This document shows positions 39,721-53,725 of a stretch of 64,000 nt of DNA, in pieces (positions within the stretch are counted from its first letter, which is position 1; each line of letters starts with the position of its first letter). Under the pieces are notes generated by a model. It ran no database searches. It had not been told where the DNA came from and saw only the letters and a program-made list of their open reading frames with translations. The DNA comes from Octopus vulgaris (lineage: Eukaryota). Where the stretch lies: the NCBI GenBank assembly GCA_951406725.2, contig OX597817.1, positions 150,164,001 to 150,228,000 on the forward strand, in the 5' to 3' direction. The position numbers were made by a program, and so were the translations under genes.

Positions 39721-42607
39721 CTTATAAAGAAATTTACCGGTCTTAAAATTACAATGCATTCGAAATGTTCTTTAATTGATATGTTAAAGAAAACCGTTTT
39801 TTCCCTCTAAATATTTTATTCTTTTAGAATATAATATGAAATTAAATTAAATTAAAAATCATCATTTAATGTTCTATCACAAAATGATTGACAACAATCA
39901 ACACAAATATTAAAACTGAAGTGTTTTCTAGTGCCCCTATTATCTGGTTTTATTAACTTGTTTTAGTCATTAGACTGCGGCCATGCTGGGGCATTGCATT
40001 AAAATATATAGTCGAACAAATCGATTTCTTTTTGCCGAAATACTAAGTTACAAAGTTAAACAAATCTACACCGGATGTCAAGCAATGGTTTGTTGGGGGG
40101 GGGGCGAACACAAGCACACACAAACATACATATAGTCACAGACAGGCTTCCACACAAATTGTGTTTACCAAATTCACTCATAAGGCATTGATCGGTCCTG
40201 CGCAAAAGTAGAATGCCACGCATTGGGACCGAACCCGAAATCAAGTGATTCCAAAGCAAGCTTCTTAACCACGCCTGCACCTAAATAATAAAATCGAGCA
40301 TTTGAATTTATAAGAAATAAATTTATATGTAAAAATTTAAACGAATGAAGTATTTGATGTATCCTGGTATACAACTTTCAGTGTACAGTCAACTCTGACA
40401 CCGAATATTTCATAAACTGAAAAGTAAGGACTAGAAAATATATTTTTGTTCATGACAGAGCTTACGACTTAAAAATAGAATTATTCATATCTTTTGTCTG
40501 TCTGAAAGATTTTGTATTTATATAAAGTCATAATTCTTTAGTAATTTTATTTTGAGGCTATATTTGCTTAGTTCCGGTGCCTCAACCTGCACGTTTATTT
40601 CCTACGCCACATGGTGTACCTTAACAACGATCTGGATCAAATCATTTTGAACACCTTTATGGTTAAGTATCAACAAATTTTAGTACTTTTTCGTTTTCTT
40701 TCACATTTTTTTATACATCACTTGGTTGTTAGTGTTGATGAAGTCTTAAGCATCTTGCTCACGGACATCTCATTGATTATAATTTCGCTGTTAGAGTTTG
40801 TTGAAAACTCTGAACGTAAATATATTCCCCTATTATAATCCCATTCACTCGCAGGACGTCTTAGAGATATATCCCAAACATTAAATATCTTTCGGTCCAC
40901 TAATCATTTTAACTCCCTCGGTACCAGGTTTGTAGTGGGGAATCGTTTTTAGTCATAAGCCAAGAGTTCATGGTCTATAACAACAAACGTATTTAACTCG
41001 CTGCTATTTGCTCACTGATTGATTGTTAAAATTTAATGAGGTTATTAGTTTCGTTATTGAGGATGTAATTAAAGAATATTTTCTGGCGTCATTATTTACG
41101 TTATACCTTCATACCAGTTCTATTTCAAATATTTTTTAAACTCTACCACCAGCGCACTTAGCTATAATTTGTCTCTACTTATTAAGTCTTCAGATTGTCA
41201 TGTCCTTGATGAATAAATATATTATTTATAACACAATATTGACGACGGTGAAGATTTTTCTTGTTTTGTGAAATTACTTTACTTTTAATTTCTGTTTTTC
41301 ATCATTGTTGATAGTTTTAATGGCATAATTACAGTTTGGTGCCCTTAACCTTATTTCTTCATAATTTTCGGAGAAACGTGTATTTTTTTAATGAAATTCT
41401 GTTGACATATGTTTTTAATAGTATAGATTACGATTATGCTGATAATTTTCAAGTAGTTTTGGCGTGTGAGTTATGCAATGTCGATATTTCAAATGCATAA
41501 AGCTAAAGGGAGAAAAAAAGTGAATAATGCCAAGTTAACGGGAACTGGTTATAAGAAAACAAAGTCGCTAGGGTGAGGGCATCTATCTGCGATATGCCCG
41601 CTTAACGACCTACATAGATGAACAGTAACTTATTTCTTTGGTATGACGGTTATTTTTAAAACCTGATGTTGAAAACATTAGTCTCATTTGGATTTTTTTT
41701 CTTTTACCTCTAAGCGACAACACTTTTTAACTCTCTTTCCTCTACCTCAAACAGACAAGATCCAAAACGTGGCACTGTGCAGCAATTGTCCATTTTAGCG
41801 GCAATTTTCTAAACCTAAATTCTATTTTATTTCATCTTTTTTTTTCTTTTCGCAACGGTTATCGGATCCCCTATTTTTTAAAAAGGATCTTTTCCTTAAG
41901 ATCCTTTAAAAATTTTAACATTTCAATCAGAAACTACCACGATTCTTGAGGTCAATGTTTCTGCTTTCACTTTCTCCAGTCAGTAGCTGGTGAGATTCTA
42001 TCAAAGCGGCCGGTACTTTTACTTTAATACTTTGTCTTGTAATAAAGACTGATTTAGAATATTGAAACCAGTCGTTCTCGACTGGGGTCTCTATGACCTC
42101 GACGGGCCATATAAGATTTTATTGCTAACATTTATGAGCACTAAATTTCCACTTTTTTAACAAAATTTTTTTGGCGAAATACGTAAAAAGAAATACGGAG
42201 ATTATCATTCTAAAAAAATGCGATTCCGTAAAAACAAAAAATCAATATATATCCATTTTACCGGAAGTTATGACGGAAATATCGGATCTTCTGAATTTTC
42301 CGAAAGTTCCCTCCTCACCCCACCAGGGTCGTCAGCGCGCATTTTTTTTTACATATTCGTTTTCCACACACTTGTTTGTACCCCCCCCCCAGGCTGCTTT
42401 ATTATTTTTTTGTTCCCTGGTGAAGGTCTTGTAACGATAAAGCTTGCAAGATCCACTACAGTCTTTATATTGACCAATATTTTTGCAGATTCGGAATCTC
42501 CGCCCTCGATATAGTGTGTTCCTGTAAAAAAAAAAAATTCCAAAGCAAATCCGGTCCATTATCTTTACCTCCGCCTAAATTGGTTATACTTCTACACTGC
42601 TCAAAAT

Positions 42608-45600
42608 GTATTTAATTCCAAAAATATAATAGGAATTTTTAAACATCGAATAGCAATGAAGGCCCGCTTGGATGAGATGCAGTTTGGCTTTGTCCCAAGA
42701 AGAGATGCAATCTTCCTAGAGAAACACCTGGCTAAGAATAAACTGCTATTTGTGGTTTTTTGATATGGAGAAAGCATTTCACAAGGTATCACATTCAGTA
42801 ATTTAGTGGGCTCAGAGGAAACCAGGTGTAGATGAATAGCTTGCATGGAAGGTTTAAGCTATGTACAAGGATGCTGTAAGTAGAGTGAAAGTGACAATGA
42901 CTTCAGTGATGAATTTAATGTGAAGGTAGGAGTCCCTCGAGGTTCATTCCTCAGTCCTTTCCTATTCATCATAGTCCTTCAAGCCTTCAATGAAGAGTTT
43001 AAGACTGGCTGTCCAAGGGAACTCCTATATACTATTAATCTAGTCCTCATAGCTGAATCTATTAGGGATTTAGTTCCATAAATTCCTTAAGTTATATGGC
43101 AATGTGGCAATCTGTCTCCCCAACCCTCATTCTCATACAATCTTGCAAACCACCCAGCTACCTATTTCTCTTCAGCCTGTGCCTTATGGGGCCACCTGAG
43201 AACCTTATTGCCATCATCTATGTCTTGTAGTTCCTACTGATCATTTTCTATTTCTTTCCCCCTTCTAGATGGGAGTAACCATGCAGATCCTTCTTCAAGA
43301 ACCTGCTCTGCTCCACCTCTCTCATTATCCCCTCATCCACTAGCATGAAGCTAACTCCTCATCTCCCTCAGGGTTCATATCCTGCAAATTGCATGGTTAC
43401 CTCAACAGTGCAGGTGGTATGAAGAAACCGCACCTATTCCAACTGTAAAATGGTTGGTATCCAGCCATAAAAGTCATGTTTAGTCAATAGACAGTAGACA
43501 CTGTCTATTGTCTACCGTCAGAAGTAGACACTGAAGCTCAATGCAGTCCTTGGGCACATCAGATCCTGTCAAACCATCCAACCCATATCAGCATGGAACA
43601 TGGACAATAAATGATGATGATACATATGGTTCCATGTAAAAAGCACCCAATGCACCCTGTAAAGTGTTTGGAGTTAGGAAGGGCATCCCGCTGCAGAAAC
43701 CAAACCAAAACACTGTGGAACTTGGTGCAGCCCCTGCCCTTACCAGATCCTGTCAAACCATCCAACTCTTGCCAGCATGGAAAATGGACATTAAATGATG
43801 ATCATAATATATATATTTTCTGCTGCTCTTTACCTTTTCTCTACTGCCAATTACCACCCCCTCCTGCTCGGGCCACTTCTGTTTCTTATCACCTTCCACT
43901 CCAAACTCATATTTACCTTCACTCGTCTTCACCATTCACAACATTTACCTCTACTACCCCCTCCCATCATAACCATTCCTTACTTTCCTCCCACACTCTT
44001 GTAAACTCACCCATCAGCTCCTCCCACTCCTCTGTCTCTACTCTCTCTTCTACTCATCTTCTAATACTTTGGGCTTATGCCCTCACACCTTGTCACCACC
44101 ATCTTTATCTCTCTTTCTCACTACTCCCACTCACCGTTATATTATGCATATCCTGTCACCTTTCAGCTTCTCTCAACATCAACTATAAAGCTACTTTCCT
44201 CTCTGTAACACTCCCACTCAATCTATTTTCCATGCTGACATGGGTTAGATGATTTGACTGAGGTCTGGAGAGCCAGTGGCTGCACCAGGCTTCAGTCTGC
44301 TCTGGCAATGTTTCTATAGCTGGATGCCCTTCCTAACACCAACCACTCCGAGAGTGTAGTGGGTGCTTTTTATGTGCCACCAGCGCAGGAGACAATCAGG
44401 TAGTCCTGGCATCGATCACATTCGGATAGTGCTTTTTACATACCACCAGCATGGGAACCAGTCAGGGGGTACTGCCATCGACCACATTCAGATGGTGCTT
44501 TTTACATGCCACCAGCATGGGGGCCAGTCAGGCGGACCCAGCATCGATCACATTCATATTGTGCTTTTTATGTGCCACCAGCACAGGAGCCTGTCAGGGG
44601 ACACTGGCATCAAACACGTTTGGATGATGCGTTCCTCGTTTGGATGATGACAGGATATGCATAATATAACGGTGAGTGGGAGTAGTGAGAAAGAGAGATA
44701 AAGATGGTGGTGACAAGGTGTGAGGGCATAAGCCCAAGGTATGAGAAGATGAGTAGAAGAGAGAGTAGAGACAGAGGAGTGGGAGGAGCTGATGGGTGAG
44801 TTTACAAGAGTGTGGGAGGAAAGTAAGGAATGGTTATGATGGGAGGGGGTAGTAGAGGTAAATGTTGTGAATGGTGAAGACGAGTGAAGGTAAATATGAG
44901 TTTGGAGTGGAAGGTGATAAGAAACAGAAGTGGCCCGAGCAGGAGGGGGTGGTAATTGGCAGTAGAGAAATGGTAAAGAGCAGCAGAAAATATATATATT
45001 ATGATCATCATTTAATGTCCATTTTCCATGCTGGCAAGAGTTGGATGGTTTGACAGGATCTGGTAAGGGCAGGGGCTGCACCAAGTTCCACAGTGTTTTG
45101 GTTTGGTTTCTGCAGCGGGATGCCCTTCCTAACTCCAAACACTTTACAGGGTGCATTGGGTGCTTTTTACATGGAACCATATGTATCATCATCATTTATT
45201 GTCCATGTTCCATGCTGATATGGGTTGGATGGTTTGACAGGATCTGATGTGCCCAAGGACTGCATTGAGCTTCAGTGTCTACTTCTGACGGTAGACAATA
45301 GACAGTGTCTACTGTCTATTGACTAAACATGACTTTTATGGCTGGATACCAACCATTTTACAGTTGGAATAGGTGCGGTTTCTTCATACCACCTGCACTG
45401 TTGAGGTAACCATGCAATTTGCAGGATATGAACCCTGAGGGAGATGAGGAGTTAGCTTCATGCTAGTGGATGAGGGGATAATGAGAGAGGTGGAGCAGAG
45501 CAGGTTCTTGAAGAAGGATCTGCATGGTTACTCCCATCTAGAAGGGGGAAAGAAATAGAAAATGATCAGTAGGAACTACAAGACATAGATGATGGCAATA

Positions 45601-46197
45601 AGGTTCTCAGGTGGCCCCATAAGGCACAGGCTGAAGAGAAATAGGTAGCTGGGTGGTTTGCAAGATTGTATGAGAATGAGGGTTGGGGAGACAGATTGCC
45701 ACATTGCCATATAACTTAAGGAATTTATGGAACTAAATCCCTAATAGATTCAGCTATGAGGACTAGATTAATAGTATATAGGAGTTCCCTTGGACAGCCA
45801 GTCTTAAACTCTTCATTGAAGGCTTGAAGGACTATGATGAATAGGAGAGGACTGAGGAATGAACCTCGAGGGACTCCTACCTTCACATTAAATTCATCAC
45901 TGAAGTCATTGTCACTTTCACTCTACTTACAGCATCCTTGTACATAGCTTAAACCTTCCATGCAAGCTATTCATCTACACCTGGTTTCCTCTGAGCCCAC
46001 TAAATTACTGAATGTGATACCTTGTGAAATGCTTTCTCCATATCAAAAACCACAAATAGCAGTTTATTCTTAGCCAGGTGTTTCTCTAGGAAGATTGCAT
46101 CTCTTCTTGGGACAAAGCCAAACTGCATCTCATCCAAGCGGGCCTTCATTGCTATTTGATGTTTAAAAATTCCTATTATATTTTTGGAATTAAATAC
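42608..46197. repeat. Long inverted duplication (arms 42608-44158 and 44648-46197)
   Basis: Reverse-complement match with only ~5 substitutions and one indel seen by eye; mirrored ORFs in the ORF track (43611-44252+ vs 44554-45195-). Confidence 0.95.
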
Positions 46198-46698
46198 TAT
46201 TAGGAATTGTATTAAAAAAAAAAAAACATTCTCTCAACATCAACTATAAAGCTACTTTCCTCTCTGTAACACTCCCACTCAATCTATTTTCCATGCTGAC
46301 ATGGGTTAGATGATTTGACTGAGGTCTGGAGAGCCAGTGGCTGCACGAGGCTTCAGTCTGCTCTGGCAATGTTTCTATAGCTGGATGCCCTTCCTAACAC
46401 CAACCACTCCGAGAGTGTAGTGGGTGCTTTTTATGTGCCACCAGCGCAGGAGACAATCAGGTAGTCCTGGCATCGATCACATTCGGATAGTGCTTTTTAC
46501 ATACCACCAGCATGGGAACCAGTCAGGGGCTACTGCCATCGACCACATTCAGATGGTGCTTTTTACATGCCACCAGCATGGGGGCCAGTCAGGCGGACCC
46601 AGCATCGACCACATTCAGATTGTGCTTTTTATGTGCCACCAGCACAGGAGCCTGTCAGGGGACACTGGCATCAAACACGTTTGGATGATGCGTTCCTC
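44168..46698 (+). repeat. 470-bp direct duplication (44168-44637 and 46229-46698)
   Basis: TTCTCTCAACATCAAC...GCGTTCCTC occurs twice, nearly identical; contains a 66-bp-period subrepeat. Confidence 0.95.
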
Positions 46699-47804
46699 AC
46701 AGAGGCAATGACAAAAGACCGAGACCTCTGGAGATATGCAGTGACTGCGAAGGCCAGACAAATGAAGTGAGTTCATGGCTCACAGGACGGCCTGCTGTGC
46801 TTACTTTGGATCGTAGGGCATCCTGCTGTTCTTGAGGAGACCTATTGGGTCAAGTACATCAACATCAAAATAAAAATCAAATGGAAATTGTATTTGTGAT
46901 ACCTGTGCCAGTGGCATGTAAAAAGCACCATCCAAACATGGCCGATGCCAGCGCTGCCCTGACTGGTGTCCGTGCTGGTGGCACGTAAAAGGCACTAACC
47001 AACTGTGGCACATAAAAAGCACCCACTACAGTCATGGAGTGGTTGGTGTTAGGAAGGACATCCAGCTGTAGAAACACTGCTAGATCAGAGTGGACCCTCA
47101 TGCAGGCTTCTGGCTTCCCAGACCCCGGTCGAACAGTCCAACCCATGCTGGCATGGAAAACAGACGTTAAATGATGTTGATGATGGGAATGGGAGCCAGT
47201 CAGGGGGCACTGGCCACAGCTACGATTTTGGTTTTACTTGACTCAACAGGTCTTCTCAAGCATATCATATCACCCGACACATCAGAGGTACTTTTAAATG
47301 GGCTGGATATGCAACATCGGCATTGGCCATAGCTGTGATCTAAAATACCATCTATAGGGTACAAGTTAGCTCCAGCACAGTATCAAAGAAAAAGAAACAA
47401 TTCTTCTGCTGATGTCAAACATATTATATTACTCTATGATAAAAAAAATTTTCAAAAACTAACATAAAATTCTTGGTTCTATTCTAAAATGCATGATCAA
47501 AATAACAAAAGTAGTAAGTGATAGCACATTTGTAAGTTACTCTTTCACTTCTCACAATATGTTCATTGAATGATAACTATCATCATGCTGAGGCACTGTC
47601 TTGAAGAGTTCTAATCAAAGTGACTCCAGTATTTTCTGAGCAGTGACCCAGGGCAGATATTAAAACAAGTAAAAGATATTCTGTACCTTTGAAACAAAAT
47701 ATTATAATCACTGCATCATTAATTTATTAAATCGATTTTTGTTTTTTGGGGTTTTTTTTTCGAAACTATAAAAAATGCATTGTGAGAATGGATATAGTCT
47801 CTAA

Positions 47805-48024
47805 AAAGGCGGCGAGCTGGCAGAAATGTTAGCACGCTGGGCGAAATGCTTAGCAGTATTTCGTCTGCCACTACGTTCTGAGTTCAAATTCCGCTGAGGT
47901 CGACTTTGCCTTTCATCCTTTCGGGGTCGACTAAATAAGTACCAGTTACGCACTGGGGTCGATATAATCGACTTAATCCGTTTGTCCCTTCTGTGTTTAA
48001 CCCCTTGTGGGTAGTAAAGAAATA
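47805..48024 (+). mobile_element. Full-length SINE family B (other copies ~6776-6985, 16790-16940, 48551-48765, 50197-50400, 51570-51965, 58960-59163)
   Basis: tRNA-like head and Meta-like core; 15-bp TSD GGATATAGTCTCTAA at 47790-47804 and 48025-48039. Confidence 0.85.
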
Positions 48025-48289
48025 GGATATAGTCTCTAAGCAAACAATCTTGTGAAAGCAGCAGACATGTTTTGGTCTTATTAGACCTCTTTAATTAAAG
48101 ATTTTTCAACTCGACTATCTTACATATATGAATCACTAACATAGTGTTATCCACTCAAAAGCATACCCTATGCTAGAATGTTGTCCATGTTTTACAGCCA
48201 ATAACTCGGGTATTTCAGTTAGAGTGCAACTTCTGCACTTACGTTCACCAAATTGGTTAATCACATTTATCTTACAATCTTTGCATACA

Positions 48290-48538
48290 TTATTTACATT
48301 GGACAGCTATACGTCCTCATCTTGTTTGATGTTACCACAACGTTTCGGCTGATTTACTCTCCATTCTTCATCAAGTGTCCTGGTAGAATATTTTTTTTAT
48401 TAACCCAAACCTGGGTTTTCATTCCTAAGGTATTGTTTTGCTGATATTATTATTTATTCAAAGCACTGCCTGGAATTGAACTCGGAATCTTGGTTAGTAT
48501 CCCACGCTCTTAACCATTATGCTATATACCCGTGGGCA
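48290..48538 (-). mobile_element. Third locus of the tRNA/hammerhead element
   Basis: Matches 30735-30960 and retains CAGCCGAAACGTTGTG; apparent TSD AATCTTTGCATACA at 48276-48289 and 48782-48795, enclosing a nested family B SINE. Confidence 0.65.
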
Positions 48539-51500
48539 TATATAGAACAGTAAACGTTAGCACGCCGGGCAAAATGCTTATCAGTATTTCGTCTGTCGTT
48601 ACGTTCCGAGTTCAAATTCCGCCAAGGTTGACTTTGCCTTTCATCCTTTTGGGGTCGATAAATTAAGTACCAGTTTCGCACTGGGGTCGATGTAATCGAC
48701 TTAATCCATTTGTCTGTCCTTGTTTGTCCCCTCTATGTTTAACCCCTTGTGGGTAATAAAGAAATATATATAGACCAGTATAATCTTTGCATACACATCA
48801 ATTAATGTCTTTTATTTGTTTCTGGCTTTTGTGTTGTGCATCCAATACACCACATCTAAGTTTATTATTTTTTACTTCAGTTCTTGCAGGTTCCCTCAAT
48901 ATTTTCTAAAAAGGTGCTTCTGATACGGATGTCTTATAGTTTAATTACAGATATCATATAGGCACACGAGTGGCTGTGTGCTAAGTATAGCTTGCTTACC
49001 AACTACATGGTTCCGTGGTACTTTAGGCAAGTGTCTTCTATTATAGCCTCGGGCCGACCAAAGCCTTGTGAGTGGATTTTGTAGACGGAAGCTGAGAAAA
49101 ACCCGTCGTGTATGTATGTGTGTGTGTGTCTGTGTTTGTCCCTCCAACATTGCCTGACAAACGATGCTAGTGTGTTTACGTTCCCGTAACCAAGCTGTTC
49201 GGCGAAAGAGACCGATAGAATGAGTACTAGGCTTACAAAGGATAAGTCCTGGGGTTGATTTGCTCGACTAAAGGTGGTGCTCCAGCATGGCCGTAGTCAA
49301 GTGCCTGAAACACGTAAAAGAGTAAGAGATGTTTCATAGAAAAGATGTAGTAATTCTCTAAATTTTCTTGATACTATCTTTGTTCTTTCCTTCTTTCGTT
49401 ATTATTTTTACATATAAGAGATTAATTAGGTGGAAGTTTGATATGTTAGAAGTGAGATTCGGCAACTAAGGCAGACCTTAAGCACAATTCATCAAGGTTA
49501 TTTTAAGGGGAGGTAAATGTTGCTTATCAAATTAACCAAAGTGTAAGGGAGACAAAATAATCTAAAATTTTCCATTTTTTTTATAAATTCGTTAACACAT
49601 TACTTCCAATGAGTTTAATATATGAACTGTGATGGTTGCATTTTGCGTTTGGTTCCTTGTCAATTTATTTAAAGTACAAATTTTAATAAGTTATCTGACT
49701 TCATTATGGTTGCTCGACTTGCTAAAGATAGTTGGTAAATTGGCAAATCTACTTAATACTCTCGTTCATTAATCTGTTCATCATTGAATATAAACTCTTA
49801 AATTATTTTAATAACACCTCTGGAATTCATATTGATTATAAAGGTTGACGTTATTTATATAAAAACAAGTGTTAGTCCTGGTGAAATGAAGTGGTTCCGC
49901 TTAGAAGATGAATGCTTGTAGGAGGTTCGTTTGATTTTTTTCAAAAGCAATGCCAATACTTATCTTAGTATGTTTCTCCGAACCATATCTGTGAACGATA
50001 TCATCATCATTTAACATCTGGCTTTAATGCTGGGAAACTAAATGTCCTTTTAATGCCAACACTTTACAGAATACTGGGTGATCTTATCCTGGCACCAGCA
50101 CTAGTTAACTAACAGGGCTAAGAACCTAAGATGGCCCCTACAACTGTGGGAGAACAAAAGAGAAAACTGGTGATAATTCTTGGCAATTGGATAAGGGATG
50201 GCGAGCTGGCAGAAACGTTAGCATACCGGGCAAAATGCTTATCGGTATTTTGTCTGCCGTTACGTTCTGAGTTCAAATTCCGCTGAGGTCGACTTTGCCT
50301 TTTATCCTTTTGGGGTCGATAAATTAAGTACCAGTTACGCACTAGGGTCGATGTAATGGATTTAATCCCTTTCTCTGTCTTTAGCCCCTTGTAGGCAATA
50401 AAAAAAAAAAAGACAGGATGGGGGAGTATAGAAGAGAGAAGGGATTTGTGACAGGGGTTAGGGAGAAGAAAGATGATAAAGAGTTCTCTGTAGAAAAATG
50501 TCTGGCTGTATTATGTCCTTCACTTATTTCCAAGTAATCTAAAAATCTTTCACTTTTTACATGTAGATTCTTAAAGTCTACCCACAAGAGAGCACCATTT
50601 CATACTGCACATGACAATCAGCTAAAAGTCAAACTCTAGCCCTTTACCAGTCAAACCAGCCAGATCAGGCCCAAATGTTCTACTTGTTTTGTGTTCAAAC
50701 TAACTAGATCAGACCTCTCACAACTATCCTGCAATGTCATTCTAAAAGTAAGCAAATACATCATTGAAATCTTAAAGCTACAAGATGATGCATGATTAAA
50801 TCAAAACAATGTGTATAAATGTGGAGGCGCAATGGCCCAGTGGTTAGAGCAGTGGACTCACGGTCGTAGGATCGCGGTTTCGATTCCCAGACCGGGCATT
50901 GTGAGTGTTTATTGAGCGAAAACACCTAAGGCCCCATGAGGCTCCGGCAAGGGGTGGTGGTGATCCCTGCTGTACCTAATTCAACGGCGGTGCATCAGCA
51001 TGGCCGCAGCTCTGAGCTGAAACTGGAGAGAAAAAAAAAATTAGTGTTATATTTGACAGAATAATCTGTATGCCAAAGGGTTAAAGTCACCATCTATTTA
51101 ACATCCACTTTTCTAAGTTTGTATGGGTCAGATGAAATTCATTGAGGTACATTTTCTATGGCTGGATGTCCCTCCTGTTGCCAACCTTCACTTGTTTCCA
51201 AGCCAGTTAATATTTCCCCATTCCTCAACAAAGTTTCACTTAAGACTGGGAACAAACGACCCATCTTGTATGACAGTGATACATGTTTACAACTATGCCA
51301 TGGTGTTAAGACAAGAAAATGAAACCACATACACATGCTCATACACGTAAAACAGGTTCATTTCAATTTCTATTTATCAAATCCTTTTGTAAGGCCTTGA
51401 TTTGAGTCAGCCCAAAGCTATAGTGGAAGATAATCACCCTAAGTGTCACGCAGAATCCTACAAGCATTATTCTACACTCTCTCTTGGTCCTTTAATGTCT

Positions 51501-52296
51501 CTTGTAACCCCTGCACCTAACATTATGACCCCAATAAAATCTAATTTTAGGTGTTAGTAAAACACTTATTCTCTTCTACTCTAGGCACAAGGCCCGAAAT
51601 TTTCGGTTGGAGAGGGGGCTGGTCGATTAGATTAACTTCAGTACACAACTGCTACTTAATTTATCGACCCCAAAAGGCAAAGTCAACCTTGGCAGACAGA
51701 CGAAATACCGCTAAGCATTTCGCCCCACATGCTAACGTATCTGCCAGCTCACTGCCTTCAAATCAATGTCCCTTTCTTTTCTACTGAAGGGAGGAGGGGG
51801 CCAGTTGATTAGATTGACCCTGGTACGCAACTAGTATTTAATTTATCGACCCCGAAAGGATGAAAGGCAAAGTCGACCTTGGTGGAATCAACTCAGAACA
51901 TAGAGACAGACGAAATACCGCTAAGCATTTCACCCGGCGTGCTAACGTTTCTGCCAGCTTGCTACCTTGGGAAAAACACTTATTAATCACAGAGCATCAG
52001 TTATCTCCCTTCGTCCATCCTTGTTTTCTTGCCATCGAAAGCTGTCAAATTTAGTTATGTTTTTTCCAATTCAAATTCAAAATATTATAACACACTTTTA
52101 TGTAACTACATTTAACACGAACCAATGATGGAGCCTCAATGAGTTACTTAACCCTCTAAAAAAAAAAAAAAGGCGAAATTCCCCAAAACTCTTTCAACCT
52201 TCTTAAAAAAAGAAAGAATATATTGGACAATATAGTTTTTAAAAAAACCAGCACTCTGTCGGTTACGACGGTGAGGGTGTCATGGATGGAATGGAA

Positions 52297-52660
52297 GCAC
52301 TCCGTCGGTTACGACGATGAGGGTTCCGGTTGATCCGATCAACGGAACAGCCTGCTCTTGAAATTAACGTGTAAGTGGCTGAGCACTCCACAGACACGTG
52401 TACCCTTAACGTAGTTCTCGGGGATATTCAGCGTGACACAGAGAGTGACAAGGCCGGCCCCTTGAAATACAGGTACAACAGAAACAGGAAGTAAGAGTGA
52501 GAGAAAGTTGTGGTGAAAGAGTACAGCAGGGATCACCACCATCCCCTGCCGGAGCCTTGTGGAGCTTTAGGTGTTTTCGCTCAATAAACACTCACAACGC
52601 CCGGTCTGGGAATCGAAACTGCGAGTCCGCTGCCCTAACCACTGGGCTATTGCGCCTCCA
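52297..52660 (-). mobile_element. Full-length SINE family A (partial + strand copy also at 50821-50975)
   Basis: Collinear and near-identical to 22011-22385. Confidence 0.85.
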
Positions 52661-52770
52661 CTATGAGGGTGTCAATTGATCCGCTGACATACGAGGCAAA
52701 TACGGAGATATAGTTAAGAGCTTTGCTAATATTAGTCCAGGTTTTTGCATCTGTTATATACTGTAGCATA

Positions 52771-52966
52771 CGAGGGGGTGCTGAAAAGAAAATACAGGAT
52801 AAGGATCAGTTATGATTTTATTCAACATACTCTCCTCTCAGATTAATACACTTATTACAACAGTCCTTCAGTTTTTCTAAGCCCTGTAAAAGAAGTTGAA
52901 AGGTTAGGCCTCCAGCCAGGCCCTTCGTGATACCCTTAAAGCCAGGAACTTTTCAGCACTCCCTCA
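52771..52966. mobile_element. Mariner-type MITE
   Basis: TA|CGAGGGGGTGCTGAAAAG ... CTTTTCAGCACTCCCTCA|TA. Confidence 0.75.
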
Positions 52967-53064
52967 TACATAAGGCCTGCTCTTCATACAGAGTTTAGTT
53001 TGAACAAATGGACTGTATGTATATATAATACACACACTCCATCATTTGTTGTATGTTATGCTTA

Positions 53065-53447
53065 TCTTTATATATAAAAGTGAAGTTGTGTGTCTGTCTC
53101 CTACGATTTAGATTCCTAACTACTCCCACATTTTGCGGTGCAGTTTAACCAAAACCGGGTATCTTATATTCGTGATTCATATCGAGCTCTTCTGGGTATT
53201 AGCGCGCGTCTACGATGAGTCTACGATTTTAAAAAAAATATACCATCATTTTTTTCCATTTTGATGCATTTTTCGCTATTATATAAGGGAAGTAACTCTC
53301 TAAAAATGTCTACGATGAGTCAACGATTAAAAAAAAATTTACCATAATTTTTTTCCATTTTTTGCTGTTTTTTGGCTATAACTCTCTAAAAATGCTTATA
53401 TAGTTATTTCCCTTACAAACCCGAGCAACGCCGGGCGATACTGCTAG
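53065..53447 (+). mobile_element. Non-autonomous Helitron
   Basis: 5' TC, 3' CTAG preceded by hairpin CCCGAGCAACGCCGGG; inserted between A and T; no TSD. Confidence 0.85.
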
Positions 53448-53725
53448 TGTAATATAAAACATCATCGTTTGTTATATGCTGTGTATGTGTAATATTCATA
53501 TTCCACAAATCATGCTCTTCGAATGATTAATATCAAATACTTAGACTTGTGAGTAATCAAACCTAGTAATTAAAAGATAAAACATTCACGAAACCGAAAA
53601 GCGGTCCCCCTGTTTCTGTTAACGAACAGATACGTTAGATATTCTCGATTATGTCCCTTGGACTGATTGCACGATGACCAAGCTCACCCGTTAACAATTA
53701 AACCAGCCCTCATCCGGCCCAAATA

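Noticed and set aside
42160-42560. ETS-like ACCGGAAGT site and minus-strand acceptor suggesting another gene
   Set aside because: No matching donor or recognisable protein; the sequence looks like a DNA-transposon subterminal fragment.
43485-43510. Small perfect hairpin CAATAGACAGT-AGAC-ACTGTCTATTG
   Set aside because: Short and located within decayed repeat sequence; most likely a local repair or slippage scar.
44363-44600. Regularly spaced ~22-bp motif resembling a CRISPR array
   Set aside because: The 'spacers' are homologous to each other (a 66-bp minisatellite inside a retroelement UTR); the context is eukaryotic and there are no cas genes.
43611-45195. Two 213-aa ORFs on opposite strands
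   Set aside because: Low-complexity translations of repeat sequence, duplicated only because of the inverted repeat; no domain signal.
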